From the NCBI GenBank assembly GCA_007376295.1, contig VMGB01000004.1, positions 6,569-70,568 of the forward strand: DNA of 64,000 bases, in the 5' to 3' direction. The notes below the pieces were generated by a model that worked only from the letters and a program-made list of their open reading frames with translations, was not told the DNA's origin and did no database searches. Below are positions 47,654 to 56,466 of the stretch, piece by piece. This DNA comes from Parcubacteria group bacterium Gr01-1014_13 (GTDB taxonomy: Bacteria; Patescibacteriota; Patescibacteriia; Magasanikbacterales; GWA2-37-8). The position numbers and the translations under genes were made by a program. The stretch's first letter is position 1, and every line of letters starts with the position of its first letter.

Positions 47654-47674
47654 TCTAAGTAACCAAGTACCGGA

Positions 47675-47950
47675 TTACTTCACCGAAGACAGGTCGAGTT
47701 TCGTGTTGTCGCTGATACCCATCGAACGCATCAGTTCTCGCTGACTGTACACGTACTTGCGCGCATCAGCTTCGGTCCTGACCTGGTTGTGCACCAGGAA
47801 GTCCACAGCCACTTCGTCGATGGAGAGCAGGGAAAGATCTTCCGGCTCTGCAAAAGCCACGGCTTTGCCTTCAGCGAAGGCCTGGTCGAGTTCTAGCAGG
47901 AACAGACTGTCGTCATCGTAACTGGAAAAGAAGCCGTCCTTGTGCGTCAT
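47675..47950 (-). CDS. Small acidic hypothetical protein (91 aa)
   Basis: AAGGAG SD, upstream TTGACA, own terminator, GC-rich codons. Confidence 0.7.
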   Translation of the reverse strand: MTHKDGFFSSYDDDSLFLLELDQAFAEGKAVAFAEPEDLSLLSIDEVAVDFLVHNQVRTEADARKYVYSQRELMRSMGISDNTKLDLSSVK

Positions 47951-48084
47951 TTACCATGTCTCCTTAATGTGTGTCCTAGACACTTAAACCTGGGCAAAAT
48001 CGCCAGATTTAAGGCTAAGGTTACTTAAAGTAACAACATAGTTTAGCATAGAATATGAGTTTTGTCAAGGAATAATACCTGGGG

Positions 48085-48113
48085 TTGACAAATAGGCCAA
48101 AAAGGTGTATAAT
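48085..48113 (+). promoter_or_regulatory. Perfect consensus sigma70 promoter
   Basis: TTGACA-17 bp-TATAAT. Confidence 0.85.
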
Positions 48114-48134
48114 GGGGTTAATTGGGAGGTTTAA

Positions 48135-48236
48135 ATGAGCAAACCTGATCGTGAAACTTGGCTACTGTTCAGCACCCTTGTTGCTATTGTCATCTTCACC
48201 CTAATCATGGCTTTTTACACGGAGGCAACGAGATGA
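48135..48236 (+). CDS. Small single-TM peptide (33 aa)
   Basis: GGGAGG SD; MSKPDRETWLLFSTLVAIVIFTLIMAFYTEATR; ATGA overlap with the next ORF. Confidence 0.6.
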   Translation: MSKPDRETWLLFSTLVAIVIFTLIMAFYTEATR

Positions 48237-48343
48237 AAGGCTGTGGAAGTAATGACGATTTCTACGCTGCAATTTTCAGCGCCGTAATCGTGATTTTACT
48301 CATGGCCTGGATCTTTTTTCTTCTTATAAAGGGAGCAAAATAA
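48233..48343 (+). CDS. Small single-TM peptide (36 aa)
   Basis: GGAGG SD; MKGCGSNDDFYAAIFSAVIVILLMAWIFFLLIKGAK. Confidence 0.6.
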   Translation: MKGCGSNDDFYAAIFSAVIVILLMAWIFFLLIKGAK

Positions 48344-48344
48344 A

Positions 48345-48473
48345 ATGAAGAAAAATCTGAAAGAACTCTTCCTTGTAGTATTGCTGGTCTGCGCGGTCTA
48401 CTCCGTGTGCACCAAGGTCTACCACGTGCACTACAAGCCTCTACCGGCTGGCGGCGCGGACATCGCTCCTTAA
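48345..48473 (+). CDS. Small membrane/secreted peptide (42 aa)
   Basis: AAGGGAG SD; MKKNLKELFLVVLLVCAVYSVCTKVYHVHYKPLPAGGADIAP. Confidence 0.55.
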   Translation: MKKNLKELFLVVLLVCAVYSVCTKVYHVHYKPLPAGGADIAP

Positions 48474-48522
48474 TGAAAGTGACGCTCGACACTTCCATTA
48501 ATACAACCAATCGAGCCCTAAC

Positions 48523-48551
48523 AAAAAACCCCGACTTGATCGGAGTTTTTT
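48523..48551. terminator. Bidirectional intrinsic terminator
   Basis: aaaaaaccccga-cttga-tcggagtttttt between converging genes. Confidence 0.75.
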
Positions 48552-48556
48552 GAATT

Positions 48557-49360
48557 TTATTTTTCTATCACCACACCATCAACTTTAATTTTTTCTCTAT
48601 TCGGATTATCTTTTAGAGCTTGCTCGATTTCACTTTTTAAATTATTTAATTCTTCCAAAGAATTTGCCAAAGGAATAATTACAAACGGAGTTTCGGAAGT
48701 AAATAATTCTCCAAACCCATGATGTCCAAAAGCAATGCTAGCGGCAACTTTTAATTCTTCCACCGCATATTCACTTGGCAAAAATTTACGACTAATTACA
48801 AACCCCATTGGCAAACCTGATTCTTTATCAGGATTAAAACCGCCAACGCCGTCAAAATATACCACGTGGGCAATATGAAACTCAGCCGGACGTTCCAACT
48901 CTTCCACCGAAATATGGCCGACTGCGGCTTCGCGCCCCAGACGAATCATTTCCGCCGCTACTTTTTCTACCCATTTTTTTCCATAATCTTCCAATTCTTG
49001 GGCAGTCGGCTGACTGTCGGAAAAATCTCTTTTGTAAGCCAGACCCACAGCGCCACAACCACCATGGCTAGTAATTTCCACTATACCTATTTCGGTAAAT
49101 AATTTGGCGATTAGCTGCACCCGCTCTTCTTCCGAACTGGCGGGAAAAAGAATTCCGGCTCCAGCCAAAGCCAATTTTGCTTTGCCTTTATAATCTTTAT
49201 GCGCGCAACCTTCATCTATGCAAACTACGGCTTCTAATTTTGTTAAAAAGGTCTGTTTCAAATTTGGAAAGTCCGTCAAAAAATATGTTTGCGCTCCTTT
49301 TGTATTTAAATCTGTAAATGCCGCAATTTTTGAAAAGCTTAAAATTAATTCTTCTTTCAT
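48557..49360 (-). CDS. Beta-carbonic-anhydrase-like metal-binding protein
   Basis: CIDEG, LAGAG, SHGGCGA (CxD...HxxC zinc-ligand pattern). Confidence 0.55.
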   Translation of the reverse strand: MKEELILSFSKIAAFTDLNTKGAQTYFLTDFPNLKQTFLTKLEAVVCIDEGCAHKDYKGKAKLALAGAGILFPASSEEERVQLIAKLFTEIGIVEITSHGGCGAVGLAYKRDFSDSQPTAQELEDYGKKWVEKVAAEMIRLGREAAVGHISVEELERPAEFHIAHVVYFDGVGGFNPDKESGLPMGFVISRKFLPSEYAVEELKVAASIAFGHHGFGELFTSETPFVIIPLANSLEELNNLKSEIEQALKDNPNREKIKVDGVVIEK

Positions 49361-49370
49361 AATCGAAATG

Positions 49371-49410
49371 AGTGAGTAAAATATTTAGCTTGCTAAAATA
49401 TTTTTGAGCG
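49371..49410 (-). repeat. REP-like palindrome, copy 2
   Basis: agtgag-[aaaatatttagc-tt-gctaaaatatttt]-gagcg. Confidence 0.55.
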
Positions 49411-49543
49411 AATGAGTTTATATCCTTAGATATATAATCAATTTAATAATTTTTAAAGATATCATAAATTAACAAAAGTGTCAATAATACTTTGACTAAA
49501 AAATAAAGCCCTGCGTCATATTTTTGACGCAAGGCGAAAAGAG

Positions 49544-50131
49544 CTAAATTCCGGGCTGAGTTCTACGCAGGTTTCTTTTGTCCCAGGTTTCCGCGGAGAT
49601 AAAGTAGGTTTCCTTGAAATGCCCATTCCCGGTAAATTCGTCGTGCCAATCTATATGCACAAAGCATCGAACTTGGAATTGGGGATCCAACTGCTTTACG
49701 ACTCTTTTAGCCAACATGAGATGGCGAATGGATGCTTCAATATCTACTTTACATGCCGTCGCCTTACCGCAAGGTGCGTGGCAAAAAAGTAAAACTGTGT
49801 AGATGTCCTTCATCTTAGCAGCATCCACAAGATCTTCTGTTAGGCGCCTAGCCCGACCAGGTCGATCTGGATCATGCCACTCGGGTGAAAGCACCATAGC
49901 TCCACCATGCTCTGTGAGAAAGTGAGGACGCGGTTTTTTACCGGATTCAATAGCCAAGCTACGAATATCATCAAATAGGTCATCCATTTGATCACCGTCA
50001 GCGCAAGGCACCACAATTGCGCCTCGGCTTAAGTCTAGCTTGTGCGCCTCCGGTACAATGAGCAGTTTTTCCACCTCTACGAGTTGCTTCAAAAGCTGTT
50101 TATCTGATTCCCCCAAAATCAGTTTGCCCAT
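49544..50131 (-). CDS. Beta-carbonic-anhydrase-like metal-binding protein
   Basis: PCADGD, HGGA, CHAPCGKA; AAGGAG SD before MGKLIL. Confidence 0.55.
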   Translation of the reverse strand: MGKLILGESDKQLLKQLVEVEKLLIVPEAHKLDLSRGAIVVPCADGDQMDDLFDDIRSLAIESGKKPRPHFLTEHGGAMVLSPEWHDPDRPGRARRLTEDLVDAAKMKDIYTVLLFCHAPCGKATACKVDIEASIRHLMLAKRVVKQLDPQFQVRCFVHIDWHDEFTGNGHFKETYFISAETWDKRNLRRTQPGI

Positions 50132-50272
50132 TTTTCTCCTTTTGATTGGTTGTAAAAAGACCAGCAATATTATATACCCATTTTTATCATCCAGTCAATA
50201 GGTCGTTAAAAAATAATTTTACTTTTATTTTCAAAAATATTTTCATCTGTGCATAACTTTGGCTTTGCGCTA

Positions 50273-50301
50273 TTCACATTTACAGAAAAACATTCTATAA
50301 T
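50273..50301 (+). promoter_or_regulatory. Sigma70 promoter for the Lys-rich peptide; DnaA-box-like TGTGCATAA nearby at 50248-50256
   Basis: TTCACA-17-TATAAT. Confidence 0.65.
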
Positions 50302-50425
50302 AGTTAAGTCGAGATAAAATTTTACAGCAATGCTTGTCTTGTAAAATTTCTTCTATGAATTTTTTCTTTCCTCGCGAGTAGAAAAAATTTATTTCTAAAA
50401 CGAAAAAAGAAAGGGGGTGCACAAT

Positions 50426-50473
50426 ATGGCCAAGAAAAAGAAAGCAAAGAAGGCAAAAAAGAAAGCTCGTTAG
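50426..50473 (+). CDS. 15-aa Lys/Ala-rich basic peptide MAKKKKAKKAKKKAR
   Basis: Strong SD AAAGGGGGTG 6 nt upstream, own promoter and terminator, mixed AAA/AAG codons. Confidence 0.65.
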   Translation: MAKKKKAKKAKKKAR

Positions 50474-50479
50474 TCTTCT

Positions 50480-50511
50480 TTAAAAATCTCTCCTTACAGA
50501 GAGATTTTTAA
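50480..50511. terminator. Bidirectional terminator
   Basis: taaaaatctctc-cttaca-gagagattttta. Confidence 0.7.
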
Positions 50512-50536
50512 TTTAACGGATAAAAAATAATTAATT

Positions 50537-51799
50537 TTAAAACAATCTGCTTTGTTTTTCTCCCGGCTTTTGCTTTGGCTGAATTACTTCTACTGAGCCA
50601 AATATGCCATCATAGCCGGGTTTTACTTTTACATTCCCTTGCCGCATATTAGCAATAGCTAGAGCAATATTTTTATCCGAAACATTTTTCTCTATCTCTT
50701 TTATATCTGCCTTGAGCAGAATAAAAAATTCACTACCGATTTTTTTTAACATCTCCTCGTATTCCTTAACTACTTTTTTACTTGCCACACCCATACCAAA
50801 CACTTTAGCAAGTATTTCTTTTAGCGGCACAATATATTTGTGAGGAATAAAATTATTTTGATTTATTTTTTCTTCTGGTCTGTCTGCCAAATCTTCTACG
50901 CGGTGCAGCACACCAACAGTTACCGGTTTTTTACATTTTGGACACAAAAACTTTTTAGCTTTGGTTTCTTGTGGAGTCAAACAAACTCCGCAGACAGCGT
51001 GACCATCATAATGATATTTACCTTCTTCTGGATAAAATTCAATGGTATATAAAAACTTTTTTCTATCCCCTGTTTTTAATATTTGCAAAATATCCTCGTA
51101 AGTAAAATTTTCTTCCAAGTTAAAAACATTTGCTTCCCGGCCCAAATTATTCAAACTATGCGCATCGGAATTTGATATGAGAGTAATATTATCAAGTCTT
51201 GAAAGCCGATGGTTCATGGTGGGATCGCTAGACAGCCCGGTCTCAGCAGCCCGAATATGTGGAGTTAGTTCTTCAAAACACTCTTCCAGAGCATTGTAGC
51301 CAGATTTGGACCCAAACACAGCAAACCATGGAGTCCAAATATGGGCTGGAATCATCATAAAACGAGGGTCAATATCCAAAATTATCTGTAAAACTGCTTT
51401 GGCAGACAAACCCATAATTGGCCGGCCATCTGAGCGTATATTTACCCCTTTTTCTGTCAAAATGGCATTAAACTTCTCTACGGCCTCTATGCTTGGAGCT
51501 AAAATCAAAAGATGCACCCGGCGGGTAGCATCTTTATGTTTGTAAATACAAGAAATTTCCGTGCCTAAAATAAATCTGGTTTGACTGCTATTATCTTTAA
51601 GTTTATATATCCCCTTTCTATCTTCAACCAAATTTTCTTTAATATGTTTTATCCAAGCCGGATAAGTAAAGTCTCCTGTAACTATAATATCTATACCTTT
51701 TTGCTCACAAGCTTTGGCAATTTTTGGTAATTCCAAATCTGACGAGCAAGCTCGGGAATATCGAGAGTGAATATGCAGGTCTAAAATCTTTTCTGACAT
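50537..51799 (-). CDS. PHP-domain endonuclease Q family protein
   Basis: DLHIHSRYS, TGDFT, PAHIWTPWF, ETGLSSD, SNSDAHS, GKYHYDGH..C..C, CPKC, PGYDG.FG. Confidence 0.9.
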   Translation of the reverse strand: MSEKILDLHIHSRYSRACSSDLELPKIAKACEQKGIDIIVTGDFTYPAWIKHIKENLVEDRKGIYKLKDNSSQTRFILGTEISCIYKHKDATRRVHLLILAPSIEAVEKFNAILTEKGVNIRSDGRPIMGLSAKAVLQIILDIDPRFMMIPAHIWTPWFAVFGSKSGYNALEECFEELTPHIRAAETGLSSDPTMNHRLSRLDNITLISNSDAHSLNNLGREANVFNLEENFTYEDILQILKTGDRKKFLYTIEFYPEEGKYHYDGHAVCGVCLTPQETKAKKFLCPKCKKPVTVGVLHRVEDLADRPEEKINQNNFIPHKYIVPLKEILAKVFGMGVASKKVVKEYEEMLKKIGSEFFILLKADIKEIEKNVSDKNIALAIANMRQGNVKVKPGYDGIFGSVEVIQPKQKPGEKQSRLF

Positions 51800-51800
51800 A

Positions 51801-52487
51801 TTACATTCCAACGTCTCCAAATTTCTCTTCACAAATATGAGCTACCAGTCCTGGAACACGAGCAATGATAAAAAATCCTGTGGCCATCTGCCATGGAAAT
51901 CCCATATCCAAAAGTATAGCGGCCATGGCGCCATCTACATTTAAGGGCAAAGGTTTGGATGAAATTTTATTTAGTTCTACGCCTACTTCTTCGGCCAAAG
52001 CGCAGTGCTGGCCATAAAAACCAGTTTCCTTAGCAATAGAAAAAAGAGTATCACTGCGATAATCGTGCGTTAACACTCTGTGGCCAAAACCCGGCAACCT
52101 GATTTTTTGTTCTTTTAAAGATTTTACCAATTCAGCTATATTTTTTTCACCCATATTTTCGACAAAAAACTTGGCAGCGTTTTCAGTGGCACCGCCATGC
52201 GATTTGTCCATTGCCAAAATTCCTGCTGCCAAAGCAGCTTGCATACTATTGCCAGCTGAAGCCGCTGTGCGACTAGCTATGGTCGAAGCAGTACCTATGC
52301 CGTGATCTATCGCGGCTGTAAATAAAGCATTAAGCATTCTGGCTTCATTAGCATTAGGCAAATTCCCCTTTAAAACCAAAAATATAGTCTCTACAAAACT
52401 TTTATTTTTTATTAATTCCGATAAATCATATCCTCGAACAGTTTCTTTATTATCGGAGATATTAGTGATAGATGTTTTCTCTTGCAT
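51801..52487 (-). CDS. Citryl-CoA lyase (citrate-synthase-like domain)
   Basis: VRGYDL, AIDHG, HGGA, PGFGHR, LNVDGA, ARVPGLVAH. Confidence 0.88.
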   Translation of the reverse strand: MQEKTSITNISDNKETVRGYDLSELIKNKSFVETIFLVLKGNLPNANEARMLNALFTAAIDHGIGTASTIASRTAASAGNSMQAALAAGILAMDKSHGGATENAAKFFVENMGEKNIAELVKSLKEQKIRLPGFGHRVLTHDYRSDTLFSIAKETGFYGQHCALAEEVGVELNKISSKPLPLNVDGAMAAILLDMGFPWQMATGFFIIARVPGLVAHICEEKFGDVGM

Positions 52488-52491
52488 ACAC

Positions 52492-53379
52492 TTAAAATAA
52501 TTTTGCTAAATTAGCTAGGTCTTCATATCTTTCCGCTATTTTCACCCCTACAGCGGACAAAGCCGACTCTTTTTCGGCTGCGCTCTGGCCCCGGCCGACA
52601 ATAGCTCCTGCATGCCCAATATTTATACCCTCCGGAAAAACATTGGTAAATTTACCGCCAACATAAATGGCTAATGGCTTAGTGTAGCCCTTATTCTTTA
52701 TTAAATCAACTATCTCAAACTCAAAACTGCCGCCGTGTTCACCAAAAATTACCACTCCTTTAGTTTGGTCGTCTTTTTCAAATAAGCGTAAAATATCGGC
52801 ATAAGTCATGCCCATCAGTAGGTCTCCGCCCACATGAATAGCTGTGCTTTGGCCAAGTCCAGCTTGACGTATTTGCCAAGATAATTCATTGGTCATACCT
52901 CCCGAACGAGAGATTATTCCAATTGGCCCTGGGATAAAAATTTCTTCTACTAGTGGCCCACCCACTACACCGATTCGGCCCACACCAGGGGCAATTAAAC
53001 CAAGCGAGCTAGGACCAATGATTTTTATATTTTTTTCTTTGGCTGCAGCCAGACAATAGGCTGTGTCGGCAATAGGAATTCTTTCCACTATTATATTAAT
53101 CAATGGAATATTATTTTCAATCGCTTCCAAAATTGCGGCTTTGGCTGCAAACGGAGGAACGTAGATAGCAGACACATTAACACCGGAGAATTTTTCTTTA
53201 GCTTCTTTGATGGAATTAAAAACTGGTTTGCCTTCTACTTCTTGACCACCCTTGTTAGGCGTAACACCACAAACTACATTGGTGTGATAATCCAACATAG
53301 CTTTGGTCGCTTTGGTGCCTTCCTTACCGGTAATCCCCTGCACCAATACCTGGGTATTTTTATCTATTAGAATACTCAT
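52492..53379 (-). CDS. CoA-binding subunit of citryl-CoA synthetase/ATP-citrate lyase (SucD-like)
   Basis: VQGITGKEG, IIGPSSLG, SRSGGMTNE, GHAGA (phospho-His). Confidence 0.88.
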   Translation of the reverse strand: MSILIDKNTQVLVQGITGKEGTKATKAMLDYHTNVVCGVTPNKGGQEVEGKPVFNSIKEAKEKFSGVNVSAIYVPPFAAKAAILEAIENNIPLINIIVERIPIADTAYCLAAAKEKNIKIIGPSSLGLIAPGVGRIGVVGGPLVEEIFIPGPIGIISRSGGMTNELSWQIRQAGLGQSTAIHVGGDLLMGMTYADILRLFEKDDQTKGVVIFGEHGGSFEFEIVDLIKNKGYTKPLAIYVGGKFTNVFPEGINIGHAGAIVGRGQSAAEKESALSAVGVKIAERYEDLANLAKLF

Positions 53380-54512
53380 ACCATTTCTGCCAAAATTTGA
53401 GCGGTGGCGCTCATTGAAGTTTCTTTGCCAAATAATTTTATATTTAAATTATTTCTCTGCGCGCATTCCTGCATCAAACGCATCCCATCTTCTTCGTGCG
53501 GGCCAGCGCGGCGGACCACAATCGGAAATGCAGGTTTTATTTCATCAAGCGCATCGGTAATTCCATTAAATGTTTCGGCAATGTTAGTAAAATTAGCCAC
53601 GCCGCCGGCTATCCATAAACCTTTCAAGCCCGGCTTGGACAAAACAATTTTTGCTAATTGATAAACTTTTTCTCGCGGTGGGTTGCCGGAGTATTCGGTA
53701 TAGTTTGCGGGCCGTAATCCGGTCTTTATCAAGGCATCCATATTGGCGATACTAGCGCCGCCGCCGGAAAACAAGACAGCGATGTCTCCGTCCATTTCTA
53801 TATACTTGCCGGCCGTACCGCGATAATACCCTTCACCCTCATCTATTTTTTTTACAGCCGCTTCTCTTTCCGTAGGCAAACGGCCAAGCATTGTCCGCGG
53901 CGCTAAATTTTCCCACTCTTTGTGGCGATAAAAAGCATCTTCATCTAGAGCAATCTTGGCATCCGCGGCCCACCATTGGCCATTTTTATCCTTTACCAGC
54001 GGATTTATCTCTACCACCCTAGCGTCTTCCTGCAAAAAACATTGCCATAAATTATTGGCAAAAAGCCGATCTTCTATACTGCCATTTCTTACATCTAAAA
54101 GTTTTTTTGTTATTTTATCTTCCGCCACGTCTTCTATGTCCATACCACCACTGGCGCTATAGATTAAAACCGGCTGTTTGGCGTTGGTGTCATAGGTAAT
54201 AGACAGATAGTGCTCTTCGGTAATATTTAATTTTTCTTCAATAAGCACGGCTTCTACATACTGCCCATGGAAATTATTGGCAAACAATTCTTCACAGGCC
54301 GCAGCCACTTCGTTGGCTTCGCCACAAAACTTTATACCATTATTTTTTCCCCGTTTACCACTCAAAACTTGAGCTTTCACCACCACCTCTTTTACTCCTA
54401 ATTCTTCATATTTAATTTTAAAATCATCGCCACGCCAAACGACCACACCTTTCGGTGTAGCAATACCATGTTTGGCAAATAAATTTTTACCTTCAAATTC
54501 GTATAGGTTCAT
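53376..54512 (-). CDS. ATP-grasp subunit of citryl-CoA synthetase/ATP-citrate lyase
   Basis: LYEFEGK, KAQV..GKRGK, EINPL, GGGAS, ANYTEYSGNP, GGVANFT, VRRAGP (ACL citrate-binding motifs). Confidence 0.9.
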   Translation of the reverse strand: MNLYEFEGKNLFAKHGIATPKGVVVWRGDDFKIKYEELGVKEVVVKAQVLSGKRGKNNGIKFCGEANEVAAACEELFANNFHGQYVEAVLIEEKLNITEEHYLSITYDTNAKQPVLIYSASGGMDIEDVAEDKITKKLLDVRNGSIEDRLFANNLWQCFLQEDARVVEINPLVKDKNGQWWAADAKIALDEDAFYRHKEWENLAPRTMLGRLPTEREAAVKKIDEGEGYYRGTAGKYIEMDGDIAVLFSGGGASIANMDALIKTGLRPANYTEYSGNPPREKVYQLAKIVLSKPGLKGLWIAGGVANFTNIAETFNGITDALDEIKPAFPIVVRRAGPHEEDGMRLMQECAQRNNLNIKLFGKETSMSATAQILAEMV

Positions 54513-54521
54513 GCAAAAATT

Positions 54522-54857
54522 TTATATCAAATCCAACCTAAACTCAACACCATAATTTTTAAAACCAAATTTTTCATACCAGCTACACGCTTCTTCTTTT
54601 GAATTTCGAACTGTAGCGATTAATTTATAACAGCCTATTTTTTTACTCTCTTCTATCGCCGCTTGGACCAGCTTGGTACCAGTGCCACTCCCCCTATAGT
54701 TTTCGTCTACAAAAACATCCTCCAACAAACCAAACGGCTCAGCATGCAAATCATTATGCAAAACATAGAGCCGAACTCGGCCGATTTCTTTATCATCCTC
54801 GATAGCGGTAATTTTTACAGCGTAGGAATCTTTTTTTATTTCTTTATTTAACTGCAT
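54522..54857 (-). CDS. GNAT acetyltransferase, possibly glucosamine-6-phosphate N-acetyltransferase (GNA1-like)
   Basis: LEDVFVDENYRGSGTG, GCYKLI, WYEKFGF. Confidence 0.8.
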   Translation of the reverse strand: MQLNKEIKKDSYAVKITAIEDDKEIGRVRLYVLHNDLHAEPFGLLEDVFVDENYRGSGTGTKLVQAAIEESKKIGCYKLIATVRNSKEEACSWYEKFGFKNYGVEFRLDLI

Positions 54858-55804
54858 AAATCTTGCAAAAATAATGCCAGTTTGGCTGGATTTATTCCGC
54901 CCTCTGCGGCTTCCAAATCTAAACTTTTTATTTTCTTATCTTTTAAATTTTCTTTATCAAATCTGAGCACACCCCATTTTTGGGAGTTATAAAACTGTTT
55001 TTGTTTCGCGTTAAGACTATGATTATTACGAATCACCAAATCGATTTTACGAGGCAGATACCTTTCCATCTGTAAAACAAAATCACTCAATCTTTCTGGG
55101 CCGGTTTCTCCATCTAGACGATATGCATTGCCAGCTACATAAATAATTTGTGCTTTTTTGTTTTTATCAATCGCCTCTTTTATACCATTTGGTAAAAGGG
55201 TAGCTATCAAACTGGTATACAAACTGCCTGGACTAAGCACTATACAATCTGCCGATTCAATTACTTTTACCGCTTCTTCGTATGCTTGACACTGCGGCTC
55301 TAGCCAAACGCGCTTTATTTTTAAACCTCGATTGTAGCTAGGATTGTCTATAAATGCTTCGGTTTTGATAATATCTCCATTGGCCAATTCTGCCACCAAG
55401 TTGGCGCTAGCCAAAGTCACTGGGTAAACTCTCCCTTGGGCCTCCACACTTTGCGATAATGCTTCCAAAGCCAAAAGAAAATTGCCGCTATACTGACTGA
55501 TAAGGGTAAGAAATAAATTGCCCAGATTATGATCGTCTAATTTGCCGGTGTTTGTAAATCTGGGTTTATAAAAAATTTGTCTAAGCATTTTATAATCATA
55601 TTTTGAAAGTGACAAAATAGCCCGCATGATATCTCCCGGCGGCAAAGTATTAAATTCTTTTCGAAGCTTGCCCGAAGATCCACCCGAATCGCTCATGGAA
55701 ATTACAGCGGAAATATCAAATTTATTGGCGTATTTTTTTAGCCCTTCTAAACATAAAGCGGAGCCATTGCCGCCGCCAATAACTACAATCTTTTTTTTAT
55801 TCAT
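54848..55804 (-). CDS. YvcK/GlmR (CofD-like) UDP-GlcNAc-binding protein
   Basis: VIGGGNG, DSGGSSG.LR, PPGD, HNLGNL, PGSLYTS. Confidence 0.92.
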   Translation of the reverse strand: MNKKKIVVIGGGNGSALCLEGLKKYANKFDISAVISMSDSGGSSGKLRKEFNTLPPGDIMRAILSLSKYDYKMLRQIFYKPRFTNTGKLDDHNLGNLFLTLISQYSGNFLLALEALSQSVEAQGRVYPVTLASANLVAELANGDIIKTEAFIDNPSYNRGLKIKRVWLEPQCQAYEEAVKVIESADCIVLSPGSLYTSLIATLLPNGIKEAIDKNKKAQIIYVAGNAYRLDGETGPERLSDFVLQMERYLPRKIDLVIRNNHSLNAKQKQFYNSQKWGVLRFDKENLKDKKIKSLDLEAAEGGINPAKLALFLQDLCS

Positions 55805-56465
55805 ATTTTATTCCCAAAAAATCATAAATATGTTTATCATCCAAACCATTGACGATTAAATCGGCGCTAGAATAATCGCCGTCGCTCCAACGGTTATCAA
55901 ATCTAACAACGCATTTCATACCCGCCCTTTTTGCTGCAGTAAGGCCGTTTTCTGAATCTTCGATCACCACGCACTCGCTTGGCAATACACCTAACTCATT
56001 AGCTGCGTAAAGAAAAATGGCCGGATCTGGCTTGCCCACATAGTCTACATGATCGGTGGAAACTAAAGTATCAAAATAATTATGCCAACTAAACCTGTCG
56101 ACAATTTGTTTAATGCGCGCCAAACTGGCGCCGGAAGCAACGGCTGTCTTTTTATCATTCTGCATTTTTATACGTCTCAATAAATCATCGGCTCCAACCA
56201 GAGGCAGAGCGTGATCTGTATACACAGACTCGCTACAACTTACCTTGTGCGCCATAATTTCTTCTACCGGATGAGGAAGTTTATGGAACTCTTTAAAAAT
56301 CTGCGACCCTTCTTTCAAACTCCGGCCATCTACTATCTTGTCCAGCTCGCGCACGAAAGGAACATTAAAAATCTCTACAAATTTTTTATTTGCGTCCACC
56401 CAATGCAAAGAGCTGTCTATCAGCGTACCGTCCATATCAAAAAGTATCGCTTTAAACTTGGACAT
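55797..56465 (-). CDS. HAD-family phosphatase (beta-PGM/CbbY-like)
   Basis: FDMDGTL, KPDPAIF, IEDSENG. Confidence 0.9.
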   Translation of the reverse strand: MSKFKAILFDMDGTLIDSSLHWVDANKKFVEIFNVPFVRELDKIVDGRSLKEGSQIFKEFHKLPHPVEEIMAHKVSCSESVYTDHALPLVGADDLLRRIKMQNDKKTAVASGASLARIKQIVDRFSWHNYFDTLVSTDHVDYVGKPDPAIFLYAANELGVLPSECVVIEDSENGLTAAKRAGMKCVVRFDNRWSDGDYSSADLIVNGLDDKHIYDFLGIKYE

Positions 56466-56466
56466 A

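Noticed and set aside
48473-48553. Fourth sORF (26 aa) after the membrane peptides via TAATG overlap
   Set aside because: No SD and it reads through the terminator hairpin
45930-50200. Integron cassette array
   Set aside because: The hairpins lack RYYYAAC/GTTRRRY attC ends, each ORF has its own promoter and no intI is visible
42490-50256. Replication origin based on DnaA boxes
   Set aside because: The boxes are isolated single sites in separate promoters, not clustered, and there is no dnaA/dnaN or strand switch here
52492-54512. Succinyl-CoA synthetase sucCD
   Set aside because: ACL-type citrate-binding motifs and the adjacent citryl-CoA lyase favour citrate cleavage
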